Below, in pieces: positions 20,074-30,732 of a stretch of DNA of 64,000 nt (the stretch's first letter is position 1; each line of letters begins with the position of its first letter). The translations under genes were made by a program, and so were the position numbers. Source of the DNA: an uncultured Gammaproteobacteria bacterium. GTDB taxonomy: Bacteria > Pseudomonadota > Gammaproteobacteria > DSM-19610. Under the pieces are notes generated by a model. It searched no databases. It had not been told where the DNA came from and worked only from the letters and a program-made list of their open reading frames with translations. The stretch lies in contig CAVOGN010000014.1 in NCBI GenBank assembly GCA_963695455.1, positions 96,644 through 160,643 of the forward strand, written 5' to 3'.

Positions 20074-20520
20074 TTATTCCATCGTTATTTTCAGACCTTC
20101 GACGCCGAGATCCAGCGCCAGTCCCTTGTCACCCGCTTTCAGGTGCATGACCACGCCTTTATCGTTTTTCATAACGAAATCGCCCTTGCCGACCTTGGCC
20201 ACGGTGGCGCCGGCCTCGGCCACGCCATAGACCCCGGGAAAATCGGCGATGTCGTTCAGATGATAGACGTCACCGGTCAACTTGACCTTGGCGATGCCGA
20301 ACCCCCCGAGTTTCAGACCATCGGTCTTGAACTTATGGGATTCGCCCTGGAACTGCAGCGTACCGCCGCCGATATCGCCGCCCACCATCCACATGATCTG
20401 GGTCTCGTCTATAACGATTGTGCCGGAAGGCGTCTGTTCGTCTGCGGCCATGACTACGCTGGGCACCAGCAGCAATGGAAGGACAAACAGGCCAACCGCA
20501 CGCTTGAGTATTTTGTTCAT
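20074..20520 (-). CDS. Secreted beta-rich hypothetical protein (DUF1134/EipA-like)
   Basis: AGGAG RBS, signal peptide, GGGTLQFQG...LTGDVYHL...DFPGVY...MKNDKGVVMHL. Confidence 0.6.
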   Translation of the reverse strand: MNKILKRAVGLFVLPLLLVPSVVMAADEQTPSGTIVIDETQIMWMVGGDIGGGTLQFQGESHKFKTDGLKLGGFGIAKVKLTGDVYHLNDIADFPGVYGVAEAGATVAKVGKGDFVMKNDKGVVMHLKAGDKGLALDLGVEGLKITME

Positions 20521-20694
20521 CTGCGTTCTCCTTGTGATGATTCCGTGAACGGGGACTGACAATCAGCCCCTCGGGTTGGATGACACGCCAACAGCGCGAA
20601 GCCGCCAGCTCGGTGAATACTCGACCGGCCAAAGCCGGCGGCTTCGGGTGACGGCTAAAAGCCGGATCGATCCGCCATCCGGCCGATTGTGACC

Positions 20695-20818
20695 GTAGGT
20701 TGGGCTGAGCACGGCATAGCCCAACGGCCCCGGCCGCTCAGCCTCAGGCTTGATGCGCCCCGCATCCGCCACCGCGACAACAATCGTGGTGGGCTTCGCT
20801 ACGCTCAGCACCAACCTA
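20695..20818. repeat. Inverted pair of GTAG-type REP-like elements
   Basis: gtaggttgggctgagc...agcccaac (20695-20725) and ggtgggcttcgctacgctcagcaccaaccta (20788-20818), similar to the units at 7682-7799. Confidence 0.7.
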
Positions 20819-21016
20819 ATCATAGCCGTTATCATAGCCGTTGCCGGCACGCCCGCTGCCGCTGGGCATATAGCTCGAGCGACGACGACGTGTGCCTCCG
20901 CCGTGAAGCATAGGTAGCCAAGCCTGGTACGTAAACCGCGTTACAGCGCTCGGTCTTGTCAAATTGAGACAATAACTAGACAATCTACGACAAGAATAAA
21001 CTGGAGATCAGAGCCA

Positions 21017-22075
21017 GTGGAGCATCGCGAATACCGCGGGACGCCGATGCAGAGGTCGCGCAGCGGGGTCGACGGCATCGTACGCGTCGGCCCGCTGACC
21101 GGCGTGCCTGCGGTTCTGCGCGAACTCGGCCACCAGCCCGGCCCTGTGTTCGCCGCTGCGGGCTTCGAACTGACTCAATTTACCGATTCCGACAATGAGA
21201 TTTCCTATGTCGGAGCAAGCAGGCTGCTGGCGCACTGTGTTGCCGTTACGGAGTGCCCGCACTTCGGCTTGCTGGTAGGCGAGCGCGCAGCACCTTCTTC
21301 GCTCGGGGTTGCGGGGTTCATGCTCCGCACCGCTCCCGACGTCGGCAGCGCGTTACGCAGCCTGGTGCAGCACCTCGACCTGCATGACCAGGGTGGCGTT
21401 CCCACCCTGCACATCAAGGGTGGCACCACGCTGCTCGGCTACGCCGTCCATCAACCCGGGGCGCAAGCCACCGGTCAGATCTACGACCTCGCCATAGCCG
21501 TCGCCTGCAACATTATGCGCGGGCTGTGCGGGGAACGCTGGAACCCCGGTGAGGTACTCCTCGCGCGGCGGCCCCCTCCGGACCTGGCGCCCTACCGGCA
21601 GTTTTTTCGGGCGCCGCTGCGCTTCAATGCGGAACAGAGTGCGGTGAGTTTCGCCAGCCGCTGGCTGGATCTCCAGATCCCCGGCTCGGACCCTCTGCTG
21701 CATCGCCATCTGGAGCAGGCAGCGACCGCGCTGCACGCCCAGGGAGACAAGAGCATCATCGGGGCTCTGCGCCGCTCGTTGCGCCAGTCGCTGCTGGATC
21801 AGAACTGCACCCTTCGCAACGTCGCCCGGCAACTGTGCATACACGAACGCACCCTGAACCGGAGGCTCCAGGAGGAAGGTACCAGCTTTCGCCGCGAACT
21901 CGATGACATCCGCAATGCGATGGCGCAGCAACTGCTCGCCGACAGCACCATGCCCATCTCCAGGATAGCAACGACGCTCAACTACGCCGACGCAAGCGCG
22001 TTCAACCGCGCGTTCAAACGCTGGACGGGCAGCACCCCGGCACAGTGGCGGACCGACACGGCGTCGTCTGAATAG
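21017..22075 (+). CDS. AraC-family transcriptional regulator (OruR/VqsM-like)
   Basis: FGLLVG N-domain; HTH ERTLNRRLQEEGTSF and LNYADASAFNRAFKRWTG. Confidence 0.92.
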   Translation: MEHREYRGTPMQRSRSGVDGIVRVGPLTGVPAVLRELGHQPGPVFAAAGFELTQFTDSDNEISYVGASRLLAHCVAVTECPHFGLLVGERAAPSSLGVAGFMLRTAPDVGSALRSLVQHLDLHDQGGVPTLHIKGGTTLLGYAVHQPGAQATGQIYDLAIAVACNIMRGLCGERWNPGEVLLARRPPPDLAPYRQFFRAPLRFNAEQSAVSFASRWLDLQIPGSDPLLHRHLEQAATALHAQGDKSIIGALRRSLRQSLLDQNCTLRNVARQLCIHERTLNRRLQEEGTSFRRELDDIRNAMAQQLLADSTMPISRIATTLNYADASAFNRAFKRWTGSTPAQWRTDTASSE

Positions 22076-22312
22076 ACCCGGATTCACTCCCTGGACCGGG
22101 CCGCGCGTGCCGCACCCGGTACGGCGCCGGAACAGGCCGCACCGCCGGGGTTCATATTGGCTGACACCTCTGATCTGTCTATGATACAGCGACCAGACAG
22201 ATGCATAGAGGCAACCTCTGATTAATTCAGGAATGCCATTCACTGCAAGCACAGCGAAGCAGTCTCCTGACTTGGAATCAATCCGTTACGGATTGCTTCG
22301 TGGCGATGTTGC

Positions 22313-24223
22313 TTGTTTATGCCCCTCGGGGTGCAACGACGGATTAATCACGAATTCCAGAGACCAAATGGCTGTGCTGGACCGGCGGATTGCGTGCGAC
22401 TGAAACACGCGCACAAGGCTCCGCTGCTGGCCGGCTGTCTCTTCGCCCTGCCCTGCGCGGCTTCCGAATTCCATGCCGGCGAAGTGGACGGCCTGCTGGA
22501 CGTCACCGCGTCCTACGGTCTGGGCGTGCGCCTGGACGACGCCGACCCGGAACTGGTGGCCATCGCCAACGGCGGTAAGCGCACATCCGCCAACCAGGAT
22601 GACGGCACTCTGAACTACGATAAGGGTGTATTCTCCAACGCCCTGCGGCTGAACGCCGATCTCACCCTGGCATGGCGGCAGTTCGGCGCCTACGTGCGCG
22701 GCTTTGCCTTTTACGATTACGAAAACCAGGAGGACGAACGCGCGCGCACGCCGCTCAGTGACGACGGTAAGGACATCGTCGGCGAAGACGCCGACTTGCT
22801 CGATCATTATGTGTCGATGCACCAGACCGTCGCCGGCGTGCCGCTGGTGCTGCGGCTCGGCGACCAGGTGGTGAACTGGGGCGAGAGCGGCTTCATTCGC
22901 GACGGCATCGACGTCATCAACCCGCTTGATGTGTCTGCACTCAACGAACCGGCGACACCCGGCCGTGATGTGCTGATACCGCAGGGCATGCTGTGGGGAG
23001 CGGCCGCCCTCACCACCGATGTTGCGGTCGAGGCCTATTACCAGTACGAGTGGAAACCGGTCAGGCTGCCGCCGCTGGGGTCCTATTTTTCCGCTAACGA
23101 CCTGTCCGGCGGCGACGGTGTCAACTTCGCGATGCTGGGCGCTGGCAAATTCTCCGACCTGGGCACCGACCTGGACAGCGCCTTCGCCCTGCCCGCCGGC
23201 ACCCTGGGTTTCGACCCCGATTTTTTCAAACTGCCCGGCAGCGGCGGCGTGGACAAGCCCAGTGCTACCGGCCAGTTCGGCTTTACAGTGAGCTCGATTA
23301 TGCCGGACAGCAACGCCACCAAGCTGTCTGCCCACCTGGTGCGTTACCACAGCCGCCTGCCGCTGGTGAGCGGGCTGACGGCGAGCCAGGCGGCGATCGA
23401 TCAAACCAGCCAGGCCGATGTCGATGCGCTGGCCGCCTCCCTGGAATCCCCCTATATCTCGACCGGACTCACGCCCGGCGAGGCCGCCGACGCCGCACTT
23501 GCTACCGCCGAGGCGCTGACCACCAGCCAGTATGCCAACCAGGCCGGTTATCAGGTCGAGTACCCCGAGGACATCACCATGATCGGGGTGGGTTTCAACA
23601 CCGCCACGCTGGCGCGCGGCATCCTGGTCTCGGGCGAGGTGTCGCATCACATCAATTATCCGTTCCAGATCAGTCTGAACGAACTGTTCGCGGCGGCGCT
23701 GTCACCCATACAGTTCGCGGGCGCCAGCAGTCCTCTGGGGACATACGGCGCCGACCAGCGCATCAAAGGCTTCGTGCGGCTTGACCGCACCCAGGCCACG
23801 CTTGGACTCACCCAGCTGTTCGGCTCACGCCTGGGCGCGTCACAAACGGCCGTGAATGCCGACTTCGCCTGGGTGCACGTGCACGATATGCCCGGTCGCA
23901 ACGATGTTCCGTTGCAGGCGGTGGAACCGCCTTCGGCCGATTCCTGGGGCTACCGGCTGGGCGCGTCGTTGACCTATGAAGGCGTTCTGGGTGGTCTCAG
24001 CGTGACACCGGGAGTGCTTTTTACCCACGATGTGCGTGGCACCACGCCGGCGCCGGTGAGCACCTTTCTCGAAGAGCGCAAGACCTTTACACTCGGACTC
24101 GGAATCGGCTACATCAACAGGTGGACAGGCAATCTGAGCTACACCAGTTTCTTCGGGGCGGGCGATCGCAACCTGGTCAACGACCGCGATCTGCTGCGGC
24201 TGCGCATCAGTTACACTTTCTAA
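22313..24223 (+). CDS. DUF1302-family outer-membrane protein
   Basis: NQDDGTLNYDKG, LRLGDQVVNWGES, EAYYQYEW, terminal DRD...ISYTF. The start codon is uncertain. Confidence 0.85.
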   Translation: MFMPLGVQRRINHEFQRPNGCAGPADCVRLKHAHKAPLLAGCLFALPCAASEFHAGEVDGLLDVTASYGLGVRLDDADPELVAIANGGKRTSANQDDGTLNYDKGVFSNALRLNADLTLAWRQFGAYVRGFAFYDYENQEDERARTPLSDDGKDIVGEDADLLDHYVSMHQTVAGVPLVLRLGDQVVNWGESGFIRDGIDVINPLDVSALNEPATPGRDVLIPQGMLWGAAALTTDVAVEAYYQYEWKPVRLPPLGSYFSANDLSGGDGVNFAMLGAGKFSDLGTDLDSAFALPAGTLGFDPDFFKLPGSGGVDKPSATGQFGFTVSSIMPDSNATKLSAHLVRYHSRLPLVSGLTASQAAIDQTSQADVDALAASLESPYISTGLTPGEAADAALATAEALTTSQYANQAGYQVEYPEDITMIGVGFNTATLARGILVSGEVSHHINYPFQISLNELFAAALSPIQFAGASSPLGTYGADQRIKGFVRLDRTQATLGLTQLFGSRLGASQTAVNADFAWVHVHDMPGRNDVPLQAVEPPSADSWGYRLGASLTYEGVLGGLSVTPGVLFTHDVRGTTPAPVSTFLEERKTFTLGLGIGYINRWTGNLSYTSFFGAGDRNLVNDRDLLRLRISYTF

Positions 24224-25584
24224 ATGTGGCAGACATTGATACTCGGGCTGGCGCTGACATCCAGCAGCCTCCTCGCGGCGACTCCCGAGCCGGCCGCTGA
24301 ACTCGGCGGCGCCGAACTCACACCGCTGGGCGCCGAACGGCCCGGCAATGCCGAGGGCAGCATCCCCGCCTGGACCGGCGGCATTACCGAGCCGCCCCCC
24401 GGTTACGCGCCAGATAGACAACATCTCGATCCCTTCGCCGAGGACCCGATACTGTTGCGCATCAGCGCCGACAACTTGGACCAGTACGCCGACCGGCTCA
24501 GCGAGGGACAGAAGGCCCTGCTGCGCGCCTACCCGGACAGCTGGCGCATGCCCGTCTACCCGACCCACCGTTCCGCCTCCTACCCGGAGTGGGTGTACGA
24601 GGCGGTGAAGGCCAACGCCGCGACAGCCAGAGCTGGTACGCGAGGGCAAGGGCGGTGTTCTCGGCGCCACGGATCAGTTCGCCGTTCCCGATTCCTCGGA
24701 GCGGCGTCGAGGTGATCTGGAACCACAACCTGCGCTGGCGCGGTGTCCGCGTCGTCGCAGCAACGGACAAGCCGCGGTCACCCGCCGGGAGCTACTACCA
24801 TGACGTCCTGGCGCTCCAGGAGATGGGGTTTCCCTACGGCTCGCCGCCCGGAGACGGCTTCAGCGACGAGTACCCGAATCGTGATGTTCGCCTCAAGAGC
24901 AAGATCCATCGAGCCGGGCCTGCTGCGCCGGCAGACGGCAGACTCGACCATCGAGCCCATCGACCAGACCGGCGACCCGCGCAAGACCTGGGTCAGTACA
25001 ACCGAGGCGCTGCGGCGCGTCCTGCGCCTGCCCTACGTCGCCTACGACTTTCCCGCGCCCGACAGCGACAACCTGCGCACCGTCGACGAGTTCGATCTCT
25101 TCATCGGTCCGCCGGATCGCTTCGAGTGGACGCTGCTCGGCAAGCGCGAGCTCTACATCCCGTACAACGCCTACCGGCTACACGGCGATGCGGTGGGCGC
25201 CGACGACATCCTGCGCACCGCCACATCAACCCGGAACTGGCGCGCTACGAGCTGCACCGGGTGTGGGTGGTGGAGGGCATGCTGAAGCCGGGCGAGAAGC
25301 ACGTCTACTCCCGCCGGGTGTTCTACGTGGACGAGGACAGCTGGCAGATCGCCGTCGCGGACATCTACGATAACGAGGGCAAGCTCTGGCGCCTGGCGGA
25401 GGCCCACGCGCTCAACTACTACGAGGTGCCGGTGCTCTGGAAGCACGCTCGAGGTCTATTACGACCTGAAGGAACAGCGTTACCTGGTGTCCGGGCTGGA
25501 CAACCAGCGTAGACCCTATCGATTTTCCGAGCAGGCCGATCCGCGCGAGTTCAGTCCCAATGCGCTAGTTTCTACATTCGCTGA
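24224..25584 (+). pseudogene. DUF1329-family periplasmic protein with multiple frameshifts (probably sequence errors)
   Basis: Pieces in different frames: LTPLGAERPGNAEGSIPAWTGG; PFPIPRSGVEVIWNH; WTLLGKRELYIPYN; RYELHRVWVVEG...RRVFYVDEDSW. Confidence 0.8.
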
Positions 25585-25604
25585 AGTCGTGCGTCGGCCC
25601 GAAC

Positions 25605-26222
25605 TCAGCGTCCCGCCTTGATGCGCACGCGAATGGCGTCTTCAAGATCCATCTCTTCCAGGTAGCCCGCCACCCGAGCCAGCGCCTGCTCGATCTCGGG
25701 CAGGACCACGTTCTCCAGGGCGCGGGCGCGGCGCTCGGTGCGCCGGTATTCGGCCAGCAGGCGGTGGAGATTACCCGAGACGCCGGCCAGGGCCGTGAGC
25801 TTCGGCAACAGGCCGGCGAAGGCGGCACGGCACTGTTCCGCCTCCGGTGACGGCTGGCTCGCGACCGGCGGTGTGTGGCGACCTGCGGCGGGTATCACCA
25901 GGCGCGCGTCCAGCAGCGTCACTCCCATCACGTTGCGCTGCTGCAGGTCAATGCCGACGCCCGCGAGCGGCGTCGCCGGGTATACGCTCAGCTCCTGCAG
26001 GCCATGGCGCTGCACCGCGGCGACCAGCTGCTGGCGGGCACTGCGGCCGAACGCCTCGATCTCGTCGAGCAGGGCCTCGTAGCGCTCCAGTTGTCGCAGC
26101 AGTTCCGCGGCCAGCAACAGGCGCTTCTCGTCGAGAAACTCGTAGGCCTCGGCCACTACCCGCTGCTCTTCCCCGAGTTCCAGCATGGCGGAGCGTGTCG
26201 GAGCGCGGTCTGCAACGCTCAT
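25605..26222 (-). CDS. V/A-type ATPase subunit D
   Basis: PTRS, FLDEKR, NVMGV, RTERRARALENVVLP. Confidence 0.9.
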   Translation of the reverse strand: MSVADRAPTRSAMLELGEEQRVVAEAYEFLDEKRLLLAAELLRQLERYEALLDEIEAFGRSARQQLVAAVQRHGLQELSVYPATPLAGVGIDLQQRNVMGVTLLDARLVIPAAGRHTPPVASQPSPEAEQCRAAFAGLLPKLTALAGVSGNLHRLLAEYRRTERRARALENVVLPEIEQALARVAGYLEEMDLEDAIRVRIKAGR

Positions 26223-27607
26223 GCGTCACCCGCGGCATCGATGTGTTCGGCGATCTGGCGGTCACTGAGACGGTGCAGTTCGGTGTTCGGCAGCATGCGC
26301 AACAGCCGCCAGCCGACCTCCATGCTCTCGTCCAGGGTACGCGCGGCGGGCTGGTGGACCAGTTCCTGCTCGAAGCGCGCGCCGAAATCGAGGAACAGCC
26401 GGTCAATGTCCGAGAGTCCTTCCCGCCCTACCACGCTGGCCAGCACGCGCATGTGCACGGCGCGCGCGTAGGCGGCGTACAGCTGGTTGGCCAGCGCCGG
26501 GTGATCGACGTGGGTATAACCTTCGCCGGTGCTGTCTTTCATCAGCCGCGACAGCGACGGCAACACCTTTACCGGCGGGTAGATGTCGGCCCGATCCAGT
26601 TCGCGGTCCAGCACGATCTGGCCCTCGGTGATATAACCGGTCAGGTCGGGGATCGGATGGGTGATGTCGTCCGAGGGCATGCTCAGGATCGGCAGCTGGG
26701 TCACCGAGCCCGGCACACCCTTGATGCGCCCCGCCCGCTCGTAGAGCGTCGCCAGGTCCGAGTACATGTAGCCCGGAAAGCCCTTGCGGCTCGGCACCTC
26801 GCCGTGACTGGCCGAAACCTCGCGCAGCGCTTCGCAGTAATTGGTCATGTCGGTCATCAGCACCAGCACATGCCTGCCCTCCACGAAGGCGAGATATTCT
26901 GCTGCCGTCAGGGCGTAGCGCGGGCTCAGCAGCCGCTGGGTGCTGGAGTCGGAAGCCAGATTCAGAAACAGCACGGTGTGCTCCAGCGCGCCGCTACCCT
27001 CCATGGCGAGGCGGAAACGCTCGGCGGTGTCGTAGGGCACGCCGATGGCGACAAACACGATGGCGAACTCGCCCGCTGCCGCGTCCCGCAACCGCGCCTG
27101 CTGGGCGATCTGGATGGCCAGCTGGTCGTGGGGCAGACCCGAACCGGAGAAAATCGGCAGTTTCTGGCCGCGCACCAGGCTGTTCATCAGGTCGATGGTC
27201 GACACGCCCGTCTCAATGAACTCGCGCGGTACGTCGCGCGCCGCCGGATTGATCGCCCGGCCATCGATGCGCAGGATGCGCGCCGCCGACACCGGTGGAC
27301 CGCCGTCGATTACCCTGCCCACACCGTCGAATACCCGGCCCAGCATGTCGGGCCCAACGGCGAACTCGAGCGGTTCGCCGAGAAAGCGTACCCGTGTGTC
27401 ACTCAGCGCCAGGCCGGAGGTCGACTCCAGCACCTCCACGGTCACGCTGTCATGATCGAGGGCCGCGATGCGCCCGAGGCGGATACGCCCCGCGTCGTCT
27501 TCGATCTCCACCGCCTCGTTGAGCCCGCAACGGATGGTTCGCTTGAGGAACAACAACGGACCCTCAAGGCGCAGCACAGCGTCGACGGCATATACATCAG
27601 CCCGCAT
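26219..27607 (-). CDS. V/A-type ATPase subunit B
   Basis: GQKLPIFSGSGLPH, DMTNYCEALREVS, DDITHPIPDLTGYITEGQI. Confidence 0.96.
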   Translation of the reverse strand: MRADVYAVDAVLRLEGPLLFLKRTIRCGLNEAVEIEDDAGRIRLGRIAALDHDSVTVEVLESTSGLALSDTRVRFLGEPLEFAVGPDMLGRVFDGVGRVIDGGPPVSAARILRIDGRAINPAARDVPREFIETGVSTIDLMNSLVRGQKLPIFSGSGLPHDQLAIQIAQQARLRDAAAGEFAIVFVAIGVPYDTAERFRLAMEGSGALEHTVLFLNLASDSSTQRLLSPRYALTAAEYLAFVEGRHVLVLMTDMTNYCEALREVSASHGEVPSRKGFPGYMYSDLATLYERAGRIKGVPGSVTQLPILSMPSDDITHPIPDLTGYITEGQIVLDRELDRADIYPPVKVLPSLSRLMKDSTGEGYTHVDHPALANQLYAAYARAVHMRVLASVVGREGLSDIDRLFLDFGARFEQELVHQPAARTLDESMEVGWRLLRMLPNTELHRLSDRQIAEHIDAAGDA

Positions 27608-29354
27608 CGGCTGACCCCGCTCTGGCCAGCTGCAGGAACTCCGCTTCCATGTCGCGCCGCAGCGCGTCGAACCGATCGAGCTGCTGGTCGCCGATATCCT
27701 CACCCATACGCCGCAGACGCCGCAGCAGCGGCAGCGCGGCCACCCTGGCCATGTCCACCTGTTGCGCCAGCGCCGCCTCGCAGAGATCGATAAACTGCAC
27801 CAGAGTCTGCATCATGGCGATCTGGCGTTCGGGCGAGCAGAACCGGTCGAGCGCGGAAAAGGCGGACTGGCGCAGAAACGCCTCGTTGATCAGCTCGGCG
27901 CACAGCAGCACCTGCTGCTGGCGCGGCGGCAGAGCATCCTTGCCGACAATACGCGCCATGCGTTCCAGCCGCGCCTGTTCTTCCAGCAGCGTCAGGAAAC
28001 GCCGGCGTTGCTCGGTCCATTGCGGGTTCCCGTGCTGGGTCCAGAAATCCTTCAGCACGTCCAGGTCCTGTGAGTAGGACTGCAGCGGGTGCACCGACGG
28101 ATAGAAACGCGCCTGGGCGCGCGCCGGGTCCAGCGCCCAGAAACAGCGCACATAGCGTTTGGTGTGAGTCGTAACCGGTTCGGAAAAGTCCGCCGAGGGC
28201 GGACTGACTGCGCCGATAATGCTGAGAGATCCCAGATGCCCGTCCAGAGTGCGCACGTGCGCGGCGCGCTCGTAGAAATCAGCCTGGCGGCTGCTCAGGT
28301 AAGCGGGATAACCCGCCTCGCCGGGCAGCTCTCCGAGACGCCCGGACACCTCGCGCAGCGCCTCGGCCCAGCGGCTGGTCGAATCGGCCATCAGGGCGAC
28401 CCGCATACCCTGGTCGCGAAAATATTCACCCACCGTGACCGCGGTGTAGATGCTCGCCTCGCGGGCGGCAACCGGCATGTTGGAGGTATTGGCGATAATC
28501 ACGGTGCGTTCCATGAGCGGGCGGCCGGTGTGCGGGTCGTCGAGCTGCGGGAACTCGTGCAGCACGCCGGCCATTTCGTTGCCGCGCTCGCCGCAGCCCA
28601 CGTAGACAATCACCTCGGCATCGCACCACTTGGCGAGTGTTTCCTGGAGTATCGTCTTGCCGGTGCCGAAGCCGCCCGGCATGGCGGCACGTCCGCCGCA
28701 GCCGAGCGGAAACATACTGTCCAGAATACGCTGCCCGGTGAACAGCGGACCCTCGACCGGGACCCGCTGCGCCACCGGGCGCGGCGTCCTGACCGGCCAG
28801 CGGTGGCTCATGGCGACCTCACAGACCTGGTCGCCGGGTCCACGCAGCACGCACAACGGTTGATCCTCAGGGTACTCTCCGGGTTGCGCCACCGAAACGA
28901 CCTCACCCGCGCAGTCGGGCGGCAGCAGGCAACGCTGGGCGCGGGCATCGGGCCGCTGCACCGCGCCGAACACCGATCCCCGGGTCAGGCGGTCACCCGG
29001 CTTCACGGTCGGTTGAAAAGCATAACTCTGCGCGGCGCGCGTCTGCCTGGCGCCCGGCGCTACATACTCGCCTGCGCCGCTGAGCGGCCGCAGCAGACCG
29101 TCGAAAATATTGCCGAGCAGACCGGGGCCCAGATTCACCGACAGCGCCGCTCCGGTGCCCAGCACCGGATCGCCGGGCCGCAGTCCGGTGGTATCCTCGT
29201 ACACTTGGATCACCAGCTCGCGGGTATCGATGCGGATCACTTCGCCCAGCAGCTGGTGGCGGCCTACCAGGACCGCTTCGTTGATGCGGAACCGGTCGCT
29301 GGTGCTGGCGCGCAGCACCGGACCATTGATCCAGGCAATGTTCGCTTCAGCCAC
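27597..29354 (-). CDS. V/A-type ATPase catalytic subunit A
   Basis: QVYEDT, Walker A GGFGTGKT, GCGERGNE, ANTSNMPVAAREAS, DSTSRWAEALRE; GTG start inferred. Confidence 0.96.
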   Translation of the reverse strand: MAEANIAWINGPVLRASTSDRFRINEAVLVGRHQLLGEVIRIDTRELVIQVYEDTTGLRPGDPVLGTGAALSVNLGPGLLGNIFDGLLRPLSGAGEYVAPGARQTRAAQSYAFQPTVKPGDRLTRGSVFGAVQRPDARAQRCLLPPDCAGEVVSVAQPGEYPEDQPLCVLRGPGDQVCEVAMSHRWPVRTPRPVAQRVPVEGPLFTGQRILDSMFPLGCGGRAAMPGGFGTGKTILQETLAKWCDAEVIVYVGCGERGNEMAGVLHEFPQLDDPHTGRPLMERTVIIANTSNMPVAAREASIYTAVTVGEYFRDQGMRVALMADSTSRWAEALREVSGRLGELPGEAGYPAYLSSRQADFYERAAHVRTLDGHLGSLSIIGAVSPPSADFSEPVTTHTKRYVRCFWALDPARAQARFYPSVHPLQSYSQDLDVLKDFWTQHGNPQWTEQRRRFLTLLEEQARLERMARIVGKDALPPRQQQVLLCAELINEAFLRQSAFSALDRFCSPERQIAMMQTLVQFIDLCEAALAQQVDMARVAALPLLRRLRRMGEDIGDQQLDRFDALRRDMEAEFLQLARAGSADAG

Positions 29355-29403
29355 GTTCAAGCCTCGACCCGGGGTTTGTGCAGCTGCATGCCATGCCCGG
29401 CAG

Positions 29404-30045
29404 TCACAGGGAAGGACAATCGCTGTGCTCTTGGCTGCAATGCTCGTGCAGCGCGGCGAGCAGCAGCGATTCGATACGGGCACGGTCCTTGAGCAACCCG
29501 TCCGCGCTGCCGTCCACGCAGGCACCGCCGGCACAGACACGCAGCCCCGCAGCCATGCCCGCCTGCGGCGCAAAGCTCACGCTCACCTCCCCAACCCGGC
29601 TGCGCAGGGCATCCTGCTCGGCCTGCGGCCAGTCGGCGGGGTGTTCAATCGTCCAGCTGCTGTCCAGCAGGCTGGCCGCGGCCGTGCGCAGCAATGCATC
29701 GATCCACGCGCGGCGCGCCCCGGGCTCCTGCCAGCGGGACAGGATCGCCGCACGCAGCTGCTCCCACAGGCTGGCCAGCAGCGCGCTGTTGTCGTGCTGG
29801 CGCTGCTGGCGCAGGCGCGTCTGCTGCCGGGCCTGCGCCGCGGCGATCCTGTCGCGGTAGTGCTGTCGCACCTCGGCTAGCCCGCGCCGCCCGCGGGCGC
29901 GTGCTTCGGCGTAGGCCTGCCTGACCAGCTCGCGGGCCTGATCGTTGGCCCGCGCCAGCAGCGCGGCACACTGTTCCTCGCGATAGCGCTCCACCACTGC
30001 GAGCAGCTGCTGTTGGGCCTGCGCCTCGCTGTCAGGGAGACTCAT
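29404..30045 (-). CDS. V/A-type ATPase subunit E-like stator
   Basis: N-terminal coiled coil, C-terminal AGLRV...VDGS, and position in the operon. Confidence 0.7.
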   Translation of the reverse strand: MSLPDSEAQAQQQLLAVVERYREEQCAALLARANDQARELVRQAYAEARARGRRGLAEVRQHYRDRIAAAQARQQTRLRQQRQHDNSALLASLWEQLRAAILSRWQEPGARRAWIDALLRTAAASLLDSSWTIEHPADWPQAEQDALRSRVGEVSVSFAPQAGMAAGLRVCAGGACVDGSADGLLKDRARIESLLLAALHEHCSQEHSDCPSL

Positions 30046-30338
30046 TCCAGCACGCCCAGCTGGCGGCGCAGACGGGTGGCGATATCCGACATCGGCGCAG
30101 TGCCCCGCACCGCGGGCACAATCACGACCGGCGGTGCCAGACCGGTCAGCAGCGCGTCGAGTGCGGCAGCAGGAATAGCCTGCGCCACGCCGGCGTCGAT
30201 CAACACCAGCGGCGCCTGCTCGCAGCCGAGCTTTACCAGGGCGAGCAGGTCATCCTCACCCGGGATCAGTGTCTGCAGTCCTGCCAGGCGGTAACCCTGG
30301 GCGCTGACTTCGTCGCCGATGAACACGGGAAGGGACAT
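30042..30338 (-). CDS. V/A-type ATPase subunit F
   Basis: VFIGDEVSAQGYRLAGL; 98 aa. Confidence 0.9.
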   Translation of the reverse strand: MSLPVFIGDEVSAQGYRLAGLQTLIPGEDDLLALVKLGCEQAPLVLIDAGVAQAIPAAALDALLTGLAPPVVIVPAVRGTAPMSDIATRLRRQLGVLE

Positions 30339-30368
30339 AGAGCGGTCTCGCGTCGGGGCGGCGCCCGC

Positions 30369-30722
30369 TCAGGCAATCCGGTTGAGGATCAGGATGGAGA
30401 TGATCAGGCCGTAAATGGCAATGCCTTCGGCCAGGCCGACCATGATCAGCACCCGCCCCAGCAGCTCCGGCTTCTCCGCCAGAGCCCCGATCGCCGCGCT
30501 GCCGACACTGGCGACGGCGAGCCCGGCACCCAACGACGACAAGCCGGTGGCCAGCGCCGCCGCAATAAAACCCCACTGCACCGCGGACGCCGACAGGGCA
30601 AGACCGGTCGCCGGTGTCCCGGCCGCCAGCAGCGGCGACCACCACATCACCAGTGTCGCCACGGCGGCAGAAACGCCGGCAGCAACCAGCCACAAAGTTA
30701 CGCGTCTTGGCGCCAGTGTCAC
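30369..30722 (-). CDS. V/A-type ATPase proteolipid subunit K/c
   Basis: Hydrophobic hairpin with AEKPE loop and GLAEGIAIYG carboxylate; signal-like N-terminal extension. Confidence 0.92.
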   Translation of the reverse strand: MTLAPRRVTLWLVAAGVSAAVATLVMWWSPLLAAGTPATGLALSASAVQWGFIAAALATGLSSLGAGLAVASVGSAAIGALAEKPELLGRVLIMVGLAEGIAIYGLIISILILNRIA

Positions 30723-30732
30723 ATTCTTCTCC

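Noticed and set aside
30369-30722. Na+-translocating V-ATPase
   Set aside because: Subunit K lacks the Q...E(S/T) Na+-binding signature.
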